From contig JASJQH010006930.1 of the NCBI GenBank assembly GCA_040143965.1, positions 1 through 37,087 on the forward strand: a DNA stretch of 37,087 nt, written 5' to 3'. This stretch comes from Basidiobolus ranarum. Taxonomy: Eukaryota. How positions within the stretch are numbered: position 1 is the stretch's first letter; each line of letters starts with the position of its first letter. This document shows, in pieces, positions 1-9,739 of the stretch. The notes beneath the pieces were generated by a model. That model was not told where the DNA came from. It saw only the letters and a program-made list of their open reading frames with translations, and ran no database searches. Made by a program: the position numbers and the translations under genes.

Positions 1-262
1 AACACCAGATTGCCAAGAAGGGATGGCACAGCAGATATGATGTCATAATCTAATAATAGAAGAGTTCTATTTGCAGTGGATCAGTATGCCAAGATCAGAA
101 TCATGACACTACTTCCCAGACATGTTTCCCTTCAAGCACAAGTAGCATCTTGAATTTCCATTCATGGAAATCTTCCCCATTAAATGTTGGAATATTAGTA
201 ATCTCCTTTTGGGATGAAGACTCTAATTCACTCACTGCTACCATGTCAGAGGATCTTGACAT
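1..262 (-). mobile_element. Degenerate Ty1/Copia gag N-terminus (runs off the window start)
   Basis: The minus frame from the ATG at 262 gives NIPTFNGEDFHEWKFKMLLVLEGKHVWEVV, matching the Copia gag N-terminal pattern (F.G.NF..WK..M...L....LW..V). Stops follow. The region has no CpG. Confidence 0.8.
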
Positions 263-563
263 AATGGGGGTAGACTTGTGTATTAGAAGCAACTTATGAT
301 AGTGTGTTTTAGTTGCTTTATTCTTAAGAGTATATGGTGACTTATATAGTAGAAAAGTAAATCAATTGTTTGAGATATTAAAGAGTTTGTGTAATAGGAT
401 ATAATAGATAAGTGGGGGTAATAAGACATACATGTTATATAGATATAGAGATATTCCTATTTTGAATATAGGGGCTATAGATCTGTTGCTTTCTGTTTCT
501 GATATATGTATCATAACTAAAGTTAACTATGATGTTGAATAAAGATTAATTATCCAACAAGTG

Positions 564-1024
564 TGGATAAGATCCAGTATTGTCACAATATTTTAAAAGA
601 TTAATGTCCTCATTGTCACTTTGTTTAGAATAGTATTTAAGCTAAATAAAGTCCACACCATCTGGTGCTTTTCATCCCCCCTAACCCTTTATATGAAATA
701 GTTAGGTGCTTAAAGGTAGAGATAACAAATATGATAAAGATAATAAACTTCAACATTTTTTGATCCCCAATATTCCAGGTTTTTGTCCTATTGTTCATTT
801 GGTTTCTACTGAGTATCTTCCTTTCTACCTACCAATTGTGCCCCTTATCACTATATTTACATCCTCAGAACTGAATTACATAGGTTTTTTAGTTAAGTAT
901 GGATTTAATCCAGTTTTGTCACAATATCTTAAAAGATTGATGTCTTTATTATCACTTTGTTTAGATTAGTATAAAAGCTAATTAAAATCCACACCACCTG
1001 GTGCTTTTCATCCCCCCTAACCCT
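564..1024. repeat. Imperfect 125-bp direct repeat (564-688 and 900-1024), probably duplicated retroelement PPT/LTR junction
   Basis: Both copies run TGGAT..ATCCAGT.TTGTCACAATAT ... TCCACACCA.CTGGTGCTTTTCATCCCCCCTAACCCT. On the minus strand the end reads AGGGGGGA|TG, like a polypurine tract followed by an LTR start. Confidence 0.8.
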
Positions 1025-1200
1025 AAATTTGGACCTTTGTTAGGATTAGTTGATATGACTATTTAGTTGAAGGAGAGTGTTGAAATTAGAATTACCTAAG
1101 TACCTATATAGTCATATATAGCTTAGTATTTAGTTATCTTATACTTTGCCAAGATATTACCAATTATTCTCTAATGGAATTCTCTTTGAATATTTTACCA
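1025..1200 (+). mobile_element. Copia-like 3' end remnant: end of pol, polypurine tract and 3' LTR start
   Basis: KFGPLLGLVDMTI* resembles a Copia RNaseH C-terminus. It is followed by GAAGGAGAG (1069-1077) directly abutting TGTTG at 1078. The LTR end (~1200) is uncertain. Confidence 0.45.
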
Positions 1201-1282
1201 CCATAGAAGTTTTTAGATATATGAATTTTGCAAACTTGTGCTACAAGCCCCAAACTTTGCACACATGTTTCTGGGATTTTTT

Positions 1283-1423
1283 TTAACATATTCTACATAT
1301 TAGTTTGCTTACATCTTGACAAAAATATAAATGTCAATTCTCAACTCAATGAATAAATAGTGAAAACCATTAACTTCTCTATTTCTCCAAACCACTTCCA
1401 ACAGGCTCCCAAATACCTTAACA
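1283..1423 (+). mobile_element. Partial LTR remnant of the same family as the LTR ending at 36328
   Basis: Aligns by eye with 36187-36328 at roughly 85% identity, mostly transitions. Both end in TTAACA. No primer-binding site follows this copy. Confidence 0.85.
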
Positions 1424-2232
1424 ATATTATCATATAGGTGTCTAGGCAATGCCAACTTGAACTGTTACCTCTAATAAACAAAGTCTATGCTCATTAAGTC
1501 AAGATCATCCAACAAAATCTCAGATTATTCCAGTAGCAATGCCAGAGGGTTAGAAAGACTATAAGCAGAGCTCCAAGCCACTGACAAGGAGCAAGGAGCA
1601 AGAGGTATGAAGCCTAGAAACAAAGAGTATGGGAAACAATTAAGGCATAGCATGCAAAGTGTGAAAAGCTACTAATCCTTGACAGAGGGTATGTAGTCAG
1701 GAAATACTGAGTGTGAGCAACACTTAAGACCCACTCTACAAAGTGCCAGGCCTACAGACAAGAAATATGCCAGGAAATATTGCTTATGGTTAATGCGTTA
1801 CTTTGAGTGAAACCTTTGAGGTGCTAGACATACCGGCAATCAATAGCCTTCTCCTCATTTTTGGGCAAGTTATTTGAAATTCAGATCTGCTGAACTTGTG
1901 GAGAGTTGGAATATAAATCATAGCAACTTCTATGTGTCTGATGTTCTTCCACCTTGATTTGTTCAGTACCTGATGATGTTCTTTTCTAACTTTTCTAGCA
2001 ACATATACCCGCTCTCTTCTAACCAGCCTAGCAAAGAACATTCACTCTATAGGGCTTTTTAAGTATTTTATGTCACTTTCATATCATATTGTTTGTTAAT
2101 AAGCTTTGGAGTACAAATATGGAAGTATCATCGTTCAATCGATGTTGGAGCGGAAGGATTTGGAACTATGTGAGGCTTACCAGAAGTATCTTGATATTAC
2201 AACTATTTCCTTTGATTGAGTTTAGCTAACTC

Positions 2233-2353
2233 TAGCACAATATATTTTACTGCATCCTCTAAATTTATGTTTAGCACAATATATTTTACTGCATCCTCTA
2301 AATTTATGTTTAGCACAATACTGTTTACTGCATCCTCTAAATTAATTATGTTT
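2233..2353. repeat. Tandem repeat, 39-bp unit x3, in the OYE promoter
   Basis: TAGCACAATATATTTTACTGCATCCTCTAAATTTATGTT occurs exactly at 2233 and 2272, with a diverged third copy at 2311. Confidence 0.95.
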
Positions 2354-2530
2354 GGCTTACATAATTACAATATTTAAGCTACGGATATGCCATCAGCACA
2401 ACTGCTTATCACGCCATTGAGATGACAAATCCTCATGATATAGGCAGAAAATAGACAATTAGTAATTCGTTAACCGCTGAAAGGATATATATACAAATGT
2501 GGCTCATACACTAGCTTACTATAATTCATT

Positions 2531-3628
2531 ATGACATCCAAACTTTTCGAACCTATTCAATTCAGTAACAGAAGGTTAGAACACAGGGTTGTATTAGCCC
2601 CATTGACACGTTTCCGTGCTGATGAGGAAGGCGTCCCACAAGATATCGTCTCATCTTATTACGAACAGCGTACTTCCAAAGGAGGACTTTTAATAACTGA
2701 AGGTACGCTTGTTTCTCCTGAAGGCGGAGGCTACGCAAATATCCCCGGCATTTACTCTTCCGCCCAAATCGAAGGTTGGAAAAAGGTGACTGATCGGGTG
2801 CATAGGAAAGGAGGAGTGATCTATCTACAGCTTGGATACTTGGGTAGAGCAGCCTTAAGCATATTTTTACCAAATCAACAGAAACCAGTGTCCGCATCAG
2901 CCATAGCTATCAGTGGTGAAGTTCAACCTGGAGTGGCATACGAGACGCCTAGAGCTTTGGAAGTTGAAGAAATACCGAATGTAGTGGATTCGTTTAAGCA
3001 AGCTGCATTAAATGCCATCGAAGCTGGTTTTGATGGTGTTGAAATTCATGGTGCCAATGGATATCTGATTAACCAGTTCATCAACCCCAATAGCAACAGA
3101 CGCACTGACAAGTATGGAGGCTCCCTCGAGAACCGATCCAGGTTCGTCCTTGAAATTATTGACGCCGTGACCAAAGCAATTGGTGAAGAAAGAACAGCCA
3201 TTCGCTTTTCTCCTTACAGTACTTTTCAAGATATGCAAGAAGATACTCCAATAGAAACATTTTCTTATTTAACTAGGCAAATTCAGAACCGATATCCTAG
3301 CATGGCGTATCTTCATTTCCTAGAATCTCGTATCTCTGGAAACATTGATGTTGAAGAAAATGAGTCGCTATCACTAGAGCCATTCCGAAATATCTGGAAA
3401 GGTCCGTTTGTTTCCGCCGGAGGATATTCCCCAGAGTCAGCAATCGAGGCTGCGGAGAAAACTGGAGATTTGATTAGTTTTGGGCGACAGTTTATTTCCA
3501 ATCCAGATTTGCCAGAGCGCATCAGGAATGGATGGAATCTAAACCCTTATGACAGAAATACTTTCTACACTCCAGGACCTGCTGGTTATACTGACTATTC
3601 TTTCTATTCAGGCGAAGTGCGTAGTTAG
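2531..3628 (+). CDS. OYE: Old yellow enzyme (FMN-dependent NADPH ene-reductase), intronless, 365 aa
   Basis: Motifs VVLAPLTRFRA, YYEQR, GLLITEGT, AGFDGVEIHGANGYL (catalytic His/Asn/Tyr), NRRTDKYGGSLENRSRF, GRQFISNPDLPER and TFY..G..GYTDY. Confidence 0.96.
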   Translation: MTSKLFEPIQFSNRRLEHRVVLAPLTRFRADEEGVPQDIVSSYYEQRTSKGGLLITEGTLVSPEGGGYANIPGIYSSAQIEGWKKVTDRVHRKGGVIYLQLGYLGRAALSIFLPNQQKPVSASAIAISGEVQPGVAYETPRALEVEEIPNVVDSFKQAALNAIEAGFDGVEIHGANGYLINQFINPNSNRRTDKYGGSLENRSRFVLEIIDAVTKAIGEERTAIRFSPYSTFQDMQEDTPIETFSYLTRQIQNRYPSMAYLHFLESRISGNIDVEENESLSLEPFRNIWKGPFVSAGGYSPESAIEAAEKTGDLISFGRQFISNPDLPERIRNGWNLNPYDRNTFYTPGPAGYTDYSFYSGEVRS

Positions 3629-3738
3629 TAGCAACTTCTAGCGTATGCAACAATAATTACCCACCATTGCTAAGTTAATGTTAGGCCAAAATACATGGTC
3701 ATGGCTCTAAATAAGCCACCCTCAATTCTAGTCCATAA

Positions 3739-3790
3739 ATATGTATATGGTTAGTATATATGTATATGGTTAGTATATATGTTTATGGTT
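3739..3790. repeat. Short tandem repeat (~20-bp unit, ~2.6 copies) between the convergent OYE and ABCB 3' ends
   Basis: ATATGTATATGGTTAGTATA repeated. Confidence 0.85.
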
Positions 3791-3815
3791 TATTATAATT
3801 AGCATTAGAATCCTA

Positions 3816-6800
3816 TTACGAAACGGACATAATCATATTGACATCTTGCTCTTGGATCATTTCATAATACGTTCCTCGTAGATTCAACAGCTCTTTATGA
3901 GAGCCTCTCTCCACAATAGTCCCATCTTTTAGTACAAAAATTATATCTGCATGTTGAATGGTGGAAAGGCGATGTGCAATGGCTATAGTTGTTCTCCCAA
4001 AGGAAGCTTTATCCAATGCCTTCTGGACACTCTTCTCAGATTGAGAGTCGAGAGCAGAAGTAGCCTCATCAAGTAATAAAATACTTGGGTTTCGGATTAA
4101 AGCACGTGCGATGGAAATTCGTTGTTTTTGACCACCAGATAGTTGGGTTCCACTGCCACCAACGTAAGTATCGTAGCCATCAGGTAGAGAAACAATGAAA
4201 TCATGAATATTGGCATCTCGACAAACTTGTATTACATCTTCTTGAGTGACAGATGCTGCAGCTCCAATGACAATGTTCTCTTTGATGGTCATGTTATAAA
4301 GCACTGGCTCTTGTGATACTAGAGAGATATGTTGGCGTAATGAGTTCACATTCAGATCGGTTATATTTTGCTCATCCAGTAGAATTCGGCCCTTCTGAAT
4401 ATTATAGAACCTTTCGATTAAGCTGATGGTGGTAGACTTTCCAGAGCCGGAAGGGCCAACAAGGGCGGCATATTGACCGGGTTTGATTTCTAGACTAAGT
4501 TTTTTGAGGATATACTGAGCTGCACGTGTAGGATGACGGAAATAGACATCCTCCATTTTGATATGACCCTCTGTGGTTTGAATAATCTTTCCTTGATTAG
4601 ACCAAGTATCAATAATAGGTATGCGTTGAAGAATGCGTAGGATATTCGAAGCGGCAGCTTTAGCACTGGAGATATCAGGGAGATAAGCAAATATTTGCCC
4701 GGCACTCTGCGCTCCAAAAATGACTGCTTCAGAAACGACAATGAAGCTGGTTAGATTTCCTATATCATTGGAGTCTTTCATCTTGTAAAATAAAAGATTT
4801 AATATTCACAGTTTCATTCCAGAATAGTTTAAACTCTTAGTAAATTACCTTTTTACCTCCATACCAGAAAACCAATGCAGTAGCAAAGTTGATAATGCAC
4901 TGCGAAAACGCATAGGCTAAAGAACCTCGGAGTGCGTTCTTTTTACCTGCTAGTAGAGGCTTCTCTAACTCTTGGTGGTAGATATTGCTGACACCTTCCT
5001 CACGTGTTAGCGAAGCAACAGTACGTATAGCTCGAACAGCCTCAGATGCGATTTGAGAAGAATTTTCATAAGCTTCACGTATCTGATCCTGATATCCTTC
5101 AGACATCTGTATGTCAATCACTGCTGCTACAACCAACACAGGCACAAAAGGGGTAGCAACGAGTGTCAATTTCCAATCAAATACCAGTCCAATAACAATC
5201 CCTAAGATGATACAAGTGCTAAAGTTTATGAGAACCCCAGCAGTCATTCCAGTAAGTCCTTGAACCAGGGTAGCGTCTAGGGCAAGCTTCGATGTTAGAG
5301 CACCAGAAGTGTTTTCCTTTATATCAAACCATCCAATATCTTGACGTAATATAGAACGAAAGGAAATAGAGCGTAATCGCAGTGCCAGACGTTCACTGGC
5401 AACAACGAAACTATAGGTTGATAGCCATTGAGCTATGGAAACTACTATAGTTACGTAAAGGAGAAGCAGGGTCCAGTAATTCTTATTATTTGTTACTTGC
5501 TCGGCCACACTAGGCCCGGTAATTGGTACACTCAGATCGGTAACTAAGTAACCAAACAGGATCCCAAAAGCTGGGTTAATCCCACCGTTAATTATAGAAG
5601 ATAGTGAACCAGTTATTGAATAACCAATCTCTTTAGAATTGGCTTTAGAAATCGCCTTGATTAATTCGAGAGTACGGTATGACTTGACTATTCCAGCTTC
5701 AATATCTTCATCTTTGACTTCGCTCGTCACATCAGGAGCAGTATACTCTATACATTCTTTAGATATGAACTCGGGCCTTAAACTTGGTGTTTTAGTGGAT
5801 GAAGAAGACGGATTAAAGCTCAGTGACTGCGGAATAGCTCGCTCTAAATTACCAACATTGCCGCGATCAATTGATTGTGCCTCAATAAGCCTGGCATAGA
5901 TACCGTTCAATTCCATAAGCTCGTTATGGTTTCCAGTCTCGACTATTTCGCCATTATTAAGAACAACTATTTTTGTCGCATGTCGAATTGTAGATAGACG
6001 GTGAGCAACTATGATAGTAGTACGATTTTGCGCAACACGATTGAGGGCATCCTGGACAACACCTTCCGCTTGAGTATCCAATGCAGATGTAGCCTCATCC
6101 AACAACAGAACTTTTGGGTTCTTCACAATAGCGCGAGCAATTGCAATGCGCTGCTTTTGACCTCCAGAAAGCAAGAAGCCACGCTCACCAGTCGTAGTTT
6201 CATACTTAAGGGGAAGGCTCATAATAAAGTCATGAGCATTTGCCATTTTGCAGGCCTCAATGATCAGCCTCATCCTCTCTTCCTTAACGGCATTTTCAGA
6301 TTGTGTTCCAACAAGTCCATAAGCAACATTCTCCCAAATAGTCGTACTAAATAGAGTGGGTTCTTGAGAAACCAAAGAGATATTCTGGCGAAGCCATTTA
6401 AGGTTTAAATCGCGTATATCATAACCGTCAAACAATACTTGTCCACTAATAGTATCATGATATCGCTCAATTAACTCAATAATAGTGGATTTCCCGGACC
6501 CTGAAGAACCCACAAGGGCGACAGTAGTCCCAGGCCTAATATCTAAGCTGATGGATTTCAAAACTTCCACAGTGGGGCGAGCAGGATATTGAAATTTGAC
6601 ATTGCATAGCTGAATGTGACCAACAGGTGAATCCAAAATTGTACCAATATTGGAAGCAGAATCAATTGGTGGTATACGGTCAATAGCATCAAACAGCTTT
6701 GATCCGGCACTTCTAGCCTTTGTAAATGCTTGAAATGTAGGCGCAATACCATTGAGAGCAAGGGCGCCTAAAAATATCTACAATTATTATATATTAGATC

Positions 6801-7911
6801 AAATTCGCATAATAATACGTCCACTCGAAGTAGAAACACACCGAAACTATAACTGTATTCACTGTTCCGATTTGAATTTCTCCCTCAACAACCATTGCCC
6901 CGCCATACCAGAAAGCTAGACAATGAACAAGAAGAATCCATAATAGAACGCCCGATTGACTTATAGCTGTAGCGATGGCTTTTGTCCCGGAAATCAGTTG
7001 GATTTCTGCCAAGAACATATCATATTTTTCTGAGAGCTTTTTCTGAATACCAAATGTTGTGAAAGTGCGTGCACTTGAGATAACTTCTTCTGCATGTGTA
7101 CCAGCTTTAGAGTACAGATCAGATTCTTTTCTCACCACATTATCGACGAAGCTATGCCACAGTTAATGAAAAATATTTAATAAGGGGTTTATGTATCACA
7201 GATGCTTACACCCTGTACTCACTAAGCGGAAATCCCGACAGTTATCAGAACCAATGGAAAGAGACAGCAAACCACTAGAGATAGTTTCCAATTTCGGATG
7301 AAAGCGATGATGAATCCAGAAATAATGACGGAAAGAACCTGGAAAGCCATTGTAACTTTCACTGAGATACCATCGTGAATTAAATGGGTGTCATTGGAAA
7401 TTCTGGTTGCAACCTCACCAGGGCCAAGTTGATCAAAATAAGCAATATCCTGTCTAAGAACAGCCTTTAAATACTCTTCACGTATCCGACGAGAAATTTT
7501 CCCACCGGTCCAAGCGAACGTAGACCGAGACGCATAGCTACAAAAGAAAGTAACGATACCGATGTAAATAAAGTAAAGAACCAATCTATCAATTTCGCTT
7601 TGAAACTTGTCAGGTGACATGCGTGCCGTTGATGAGAAGTAGCTAGAGAACAAGTCAATCAAGTCCCCAGTGACCATTGTCATCAAAGGTGCTGCAACTC
7701 CTGAAATAGATGCTCCAGCTAACCCTAACATCATCAAAGCCTTATCTCCTTTGCTGGCAAAGCGATAAAGGTCAAAGTAACCATATTTGCGGGAGGTGCT
7801 GTTGGTTGGCTGCTCCGTATTCGTTTCTTTTTCTTGTGAGAAAATCTTTGACAGATTATCATGCTGGGTATCTGTGGGCCTATCGTGGAGATGTGTATCT
7901 TTTTCTGTCAT
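3816..7911 (-). CDS. MDR1: Full-length ABCB (P-glycoprotein/MDR) transporter, 4 exons, ~1297 aa
   Basis: Exons 7911-7223, 7151-6842, 6777-4849 and 4781-3816 splice in frame. TMD-NBD-TMD-NBD layout with Walker A GSSGSGKST and GPSGSGKST, two LSGGQKQR signatures, two LLLDEATSALD, and TMD motifs LRQDIAYFD and LRQDIGWFD. Confidence 0.95.
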
Positions 7912-8000
7912 CTAAAACTTAACGTTCACCTAGCACAGTGGGGGATCTTATATACCTTAGATATAGGAGATCGGACTGCTAATCGAATTATTTCTCAAAA

Positions 8001-8033
8001 CGGAAGGTAGTGGCGGAAGGTAGCAGCGGATAT
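8001..8033. promoter_or_regulatory. Three CGG triplets at 13-bp period upstream of the ABCB gene; candidate Zn2Cys6 binding element
   Basis: CGGAAGGTAGTGG-CGGAAGGTAGCAG-CGGATAT (CGG at 8001, 8014, 8027). A minus-strand TATATAA lies at ~7949-7955, between it and the ATG at 7911. Confidence 0.45.
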
Positions 8034-8274
8034 ATATATAATTCCACCATAGTGACTATTCCGCTCTCCTCCCTAAGCCTTAATACCAGCTTTTCTAGCC
8101 AATACTAATCTAAGTCAGCTTGTGTAATTCAGTCAGCTAATATGTATTTGTTATTCAAAATTATACTTGCCTAAACGTGTAAAGACCCTTACTAAGAGAA
8201 AAAATGTATAGCCTAATATATAGTGTTAGATCCCGCCATCCTTCGCCACTTCTCATACCAATTCGTTGAATTAC

Positions 8275-8282
8275 CACGTGAC
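8275..8282 (-). promoter_or_regulatory. Cbf1/bHLH-type E-box GTCACGTG in the ABCB/RPL19 divergent promoter
   Basis: Plus strand CACGTGAC matches RTCACGTG on the minus strand. Confidence 0.35.
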
Positions 8283-8358
8283 TCCAGGGATCGATATTAG
8301 TGTACTACATAAATAAACCAGTGAGTTAGATTAATTAAGTAAACCTATAATCAGGATT

Positions 8359-8420
8359 CTGATGATTTAAGCTACCTTCACTCTGCTGATGATTTAAGCT
8401 ACCTTCACTCTGCTGATGAT
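8359..8420. repeat. Tandem repeat, 27-bp unit x2.3, upstream of RPL19
   Basis: CTGATGATTTAAGCTACCTTCACTCTG at 8359 and 8386, plus a partial CTGATGAT at 8413. Confidence 0.95.
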
Positions 8421-8613
8421 AGAGGGGAGAATGGTGGAAAATATTGGAAAAGAAATGATTTTTGACTTTGATCGAAATGATCATAAACTGGAATCAGGTC
8501 AAGAGAATTTTTACGAAATTTGAAAGGTGAGTTAAATGGTATTTTTTACCGTGTAATAGAGGTTTCCTTCTCTTTTTCCCCTCTACTACCTGACGGTTTG
8601 CTTTAAGCGGAAA

Positions 8614-9422
8614 ATGTAAGTAATTCTATCTATAGTGTGAATGAATACTCCTGGCGACAATCTTTATTAGTTAATTATATCAATTCTGTCGAGGTGTATT
8701 TTGTATCCATAAATCTGTCTCGATACAGCCATCCATTCATTTGATCAAACCGCAACACCACTAACAATCGTATTCGATTTAGGGTTTCTTTGAGCAGTCA
8801 GAAGCGTTTGGCCGCCAGTGTTCTCAAGTGCGGTAAGAGAAAAGTATGGATTGATCCTAACGAAGTTAGTGAAATCGGCAACGCCAACTCCCGTAAGTAA
8901 TTTTTACAAATATGTAGAAGAGAGTATTTCGACATTAGCTGTAAATAACCTTCTAACTGGTCAATTTTTGCAGGTCAAAACATCCGTAAGCTTATCAAAG
9001 ATGGACTTATCATCAAGAAGCCCAATGTTGTTCACTCTCGTTTCAGAGTTCGTGAAAAGCTCGCTGCCAAGCGTAAGGGACGTCATACTGGTACAGGTAA
9101 ACGTAGAGGTACTGCCGAAGCTCGTATGCCCACTCAAGTCCTCTGGATGCGTCGTCAACGTGTTTTGAGACGTATGTTGAGAAAGTACCGTGAAGCCGGC
9201 AAGATCGACAAGCACTTGTATCACTCCCTCTACATGAAATCCAAAGGTAATGTCTTCAAGAACAAGCGTGTTCTTATGGAGTTCATTCACAAGGCCAAGG
9301 CCGAGAAGCTCAGAGCTAAGCTTATTGCTGACCAAGCTGAGGCCCATCGTCTTAAGTCTAAGGCTGCCCGTGAACGTCGTGCTGAGCGTGTTCAAGCCAA
9401 GAAGGAAGCTCTTCTCGTTTAA
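8614..9422 (+). CDS. RPL19: 60S ribosomal protein L19 (eL19), 3 exons
   Basis: Exons 8614-8615 (AT), 8783-8892 and 8974-9422 give [28 protein letters not shown]...[14 protein letters not shown]...[18 protein letters not shown]...[35 protein letters not shown]. Confidence 0.98.
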
Positions 9423-9739
9423 ATTGAATCGGCTTTTCTTGCTACCTTATCTCTTTACTCTCACTGTACTTCAAATAATCAGAACGACGAAAATCAATAA
9501 ATTTATTATTCATGTTTTGAGTATCACTTGGACTTTTTGTCTTGATTTCTAACCAAGAACTAATGTGGAAAATTGGGTACAATGGACACTTGAAACTACT
9601 CAAAATTAGGCCGTTGATATTGAACCTTAACTGCAATGATTGTACTTGGCCTTAACCCTAACCCTAAATTTTACTATACTACCTAACCACCTGAACTGAT
9701 GTAAATCCATAATATCTCCTGAATTGTACTGGACATGGC

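Noticed and set aside
367..559. Possible solo LTR (TGTTTGAGATA...TATCCAACA)
   Set aside because: The termini are only loosely inverted, there is no target-site duplication and no second copy in the window.
706..969. 87-aa ORF
   Set aside because: It lies inside CpG-free repeat DNA, has a non-ATG start and shows no recognisable motif.
1790..2041. 83-aa minus ORF with faint resemblance to a Tc1/mariner SPDLN region (HIEV..., SADLN in another frame, KMRRRL)
   Set aside because: It needs multiple frameshifts and is too weak to call without a profile search.
2233..2353. CRISPR-like array
   Set aside because: Head-to-tail repeats without unique spacers, in a eukaryotic context with no cas genes.
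8359..8420. C/D-box snoRNA (TGATGA and CTGA words)
   Set aside because: The boxes arise from a 27-bp tandem duplication; I see no terminal stem or recognisable rRNA guide.
8961..9395. 144-aa antisense ORF over RPL19, and similar shadow ORFs over OYE, ABCB, SEC27, the GATA gene and DPP5
   Set aside because: These are antisense or alternate-frame by-products of codon bias in real genes.
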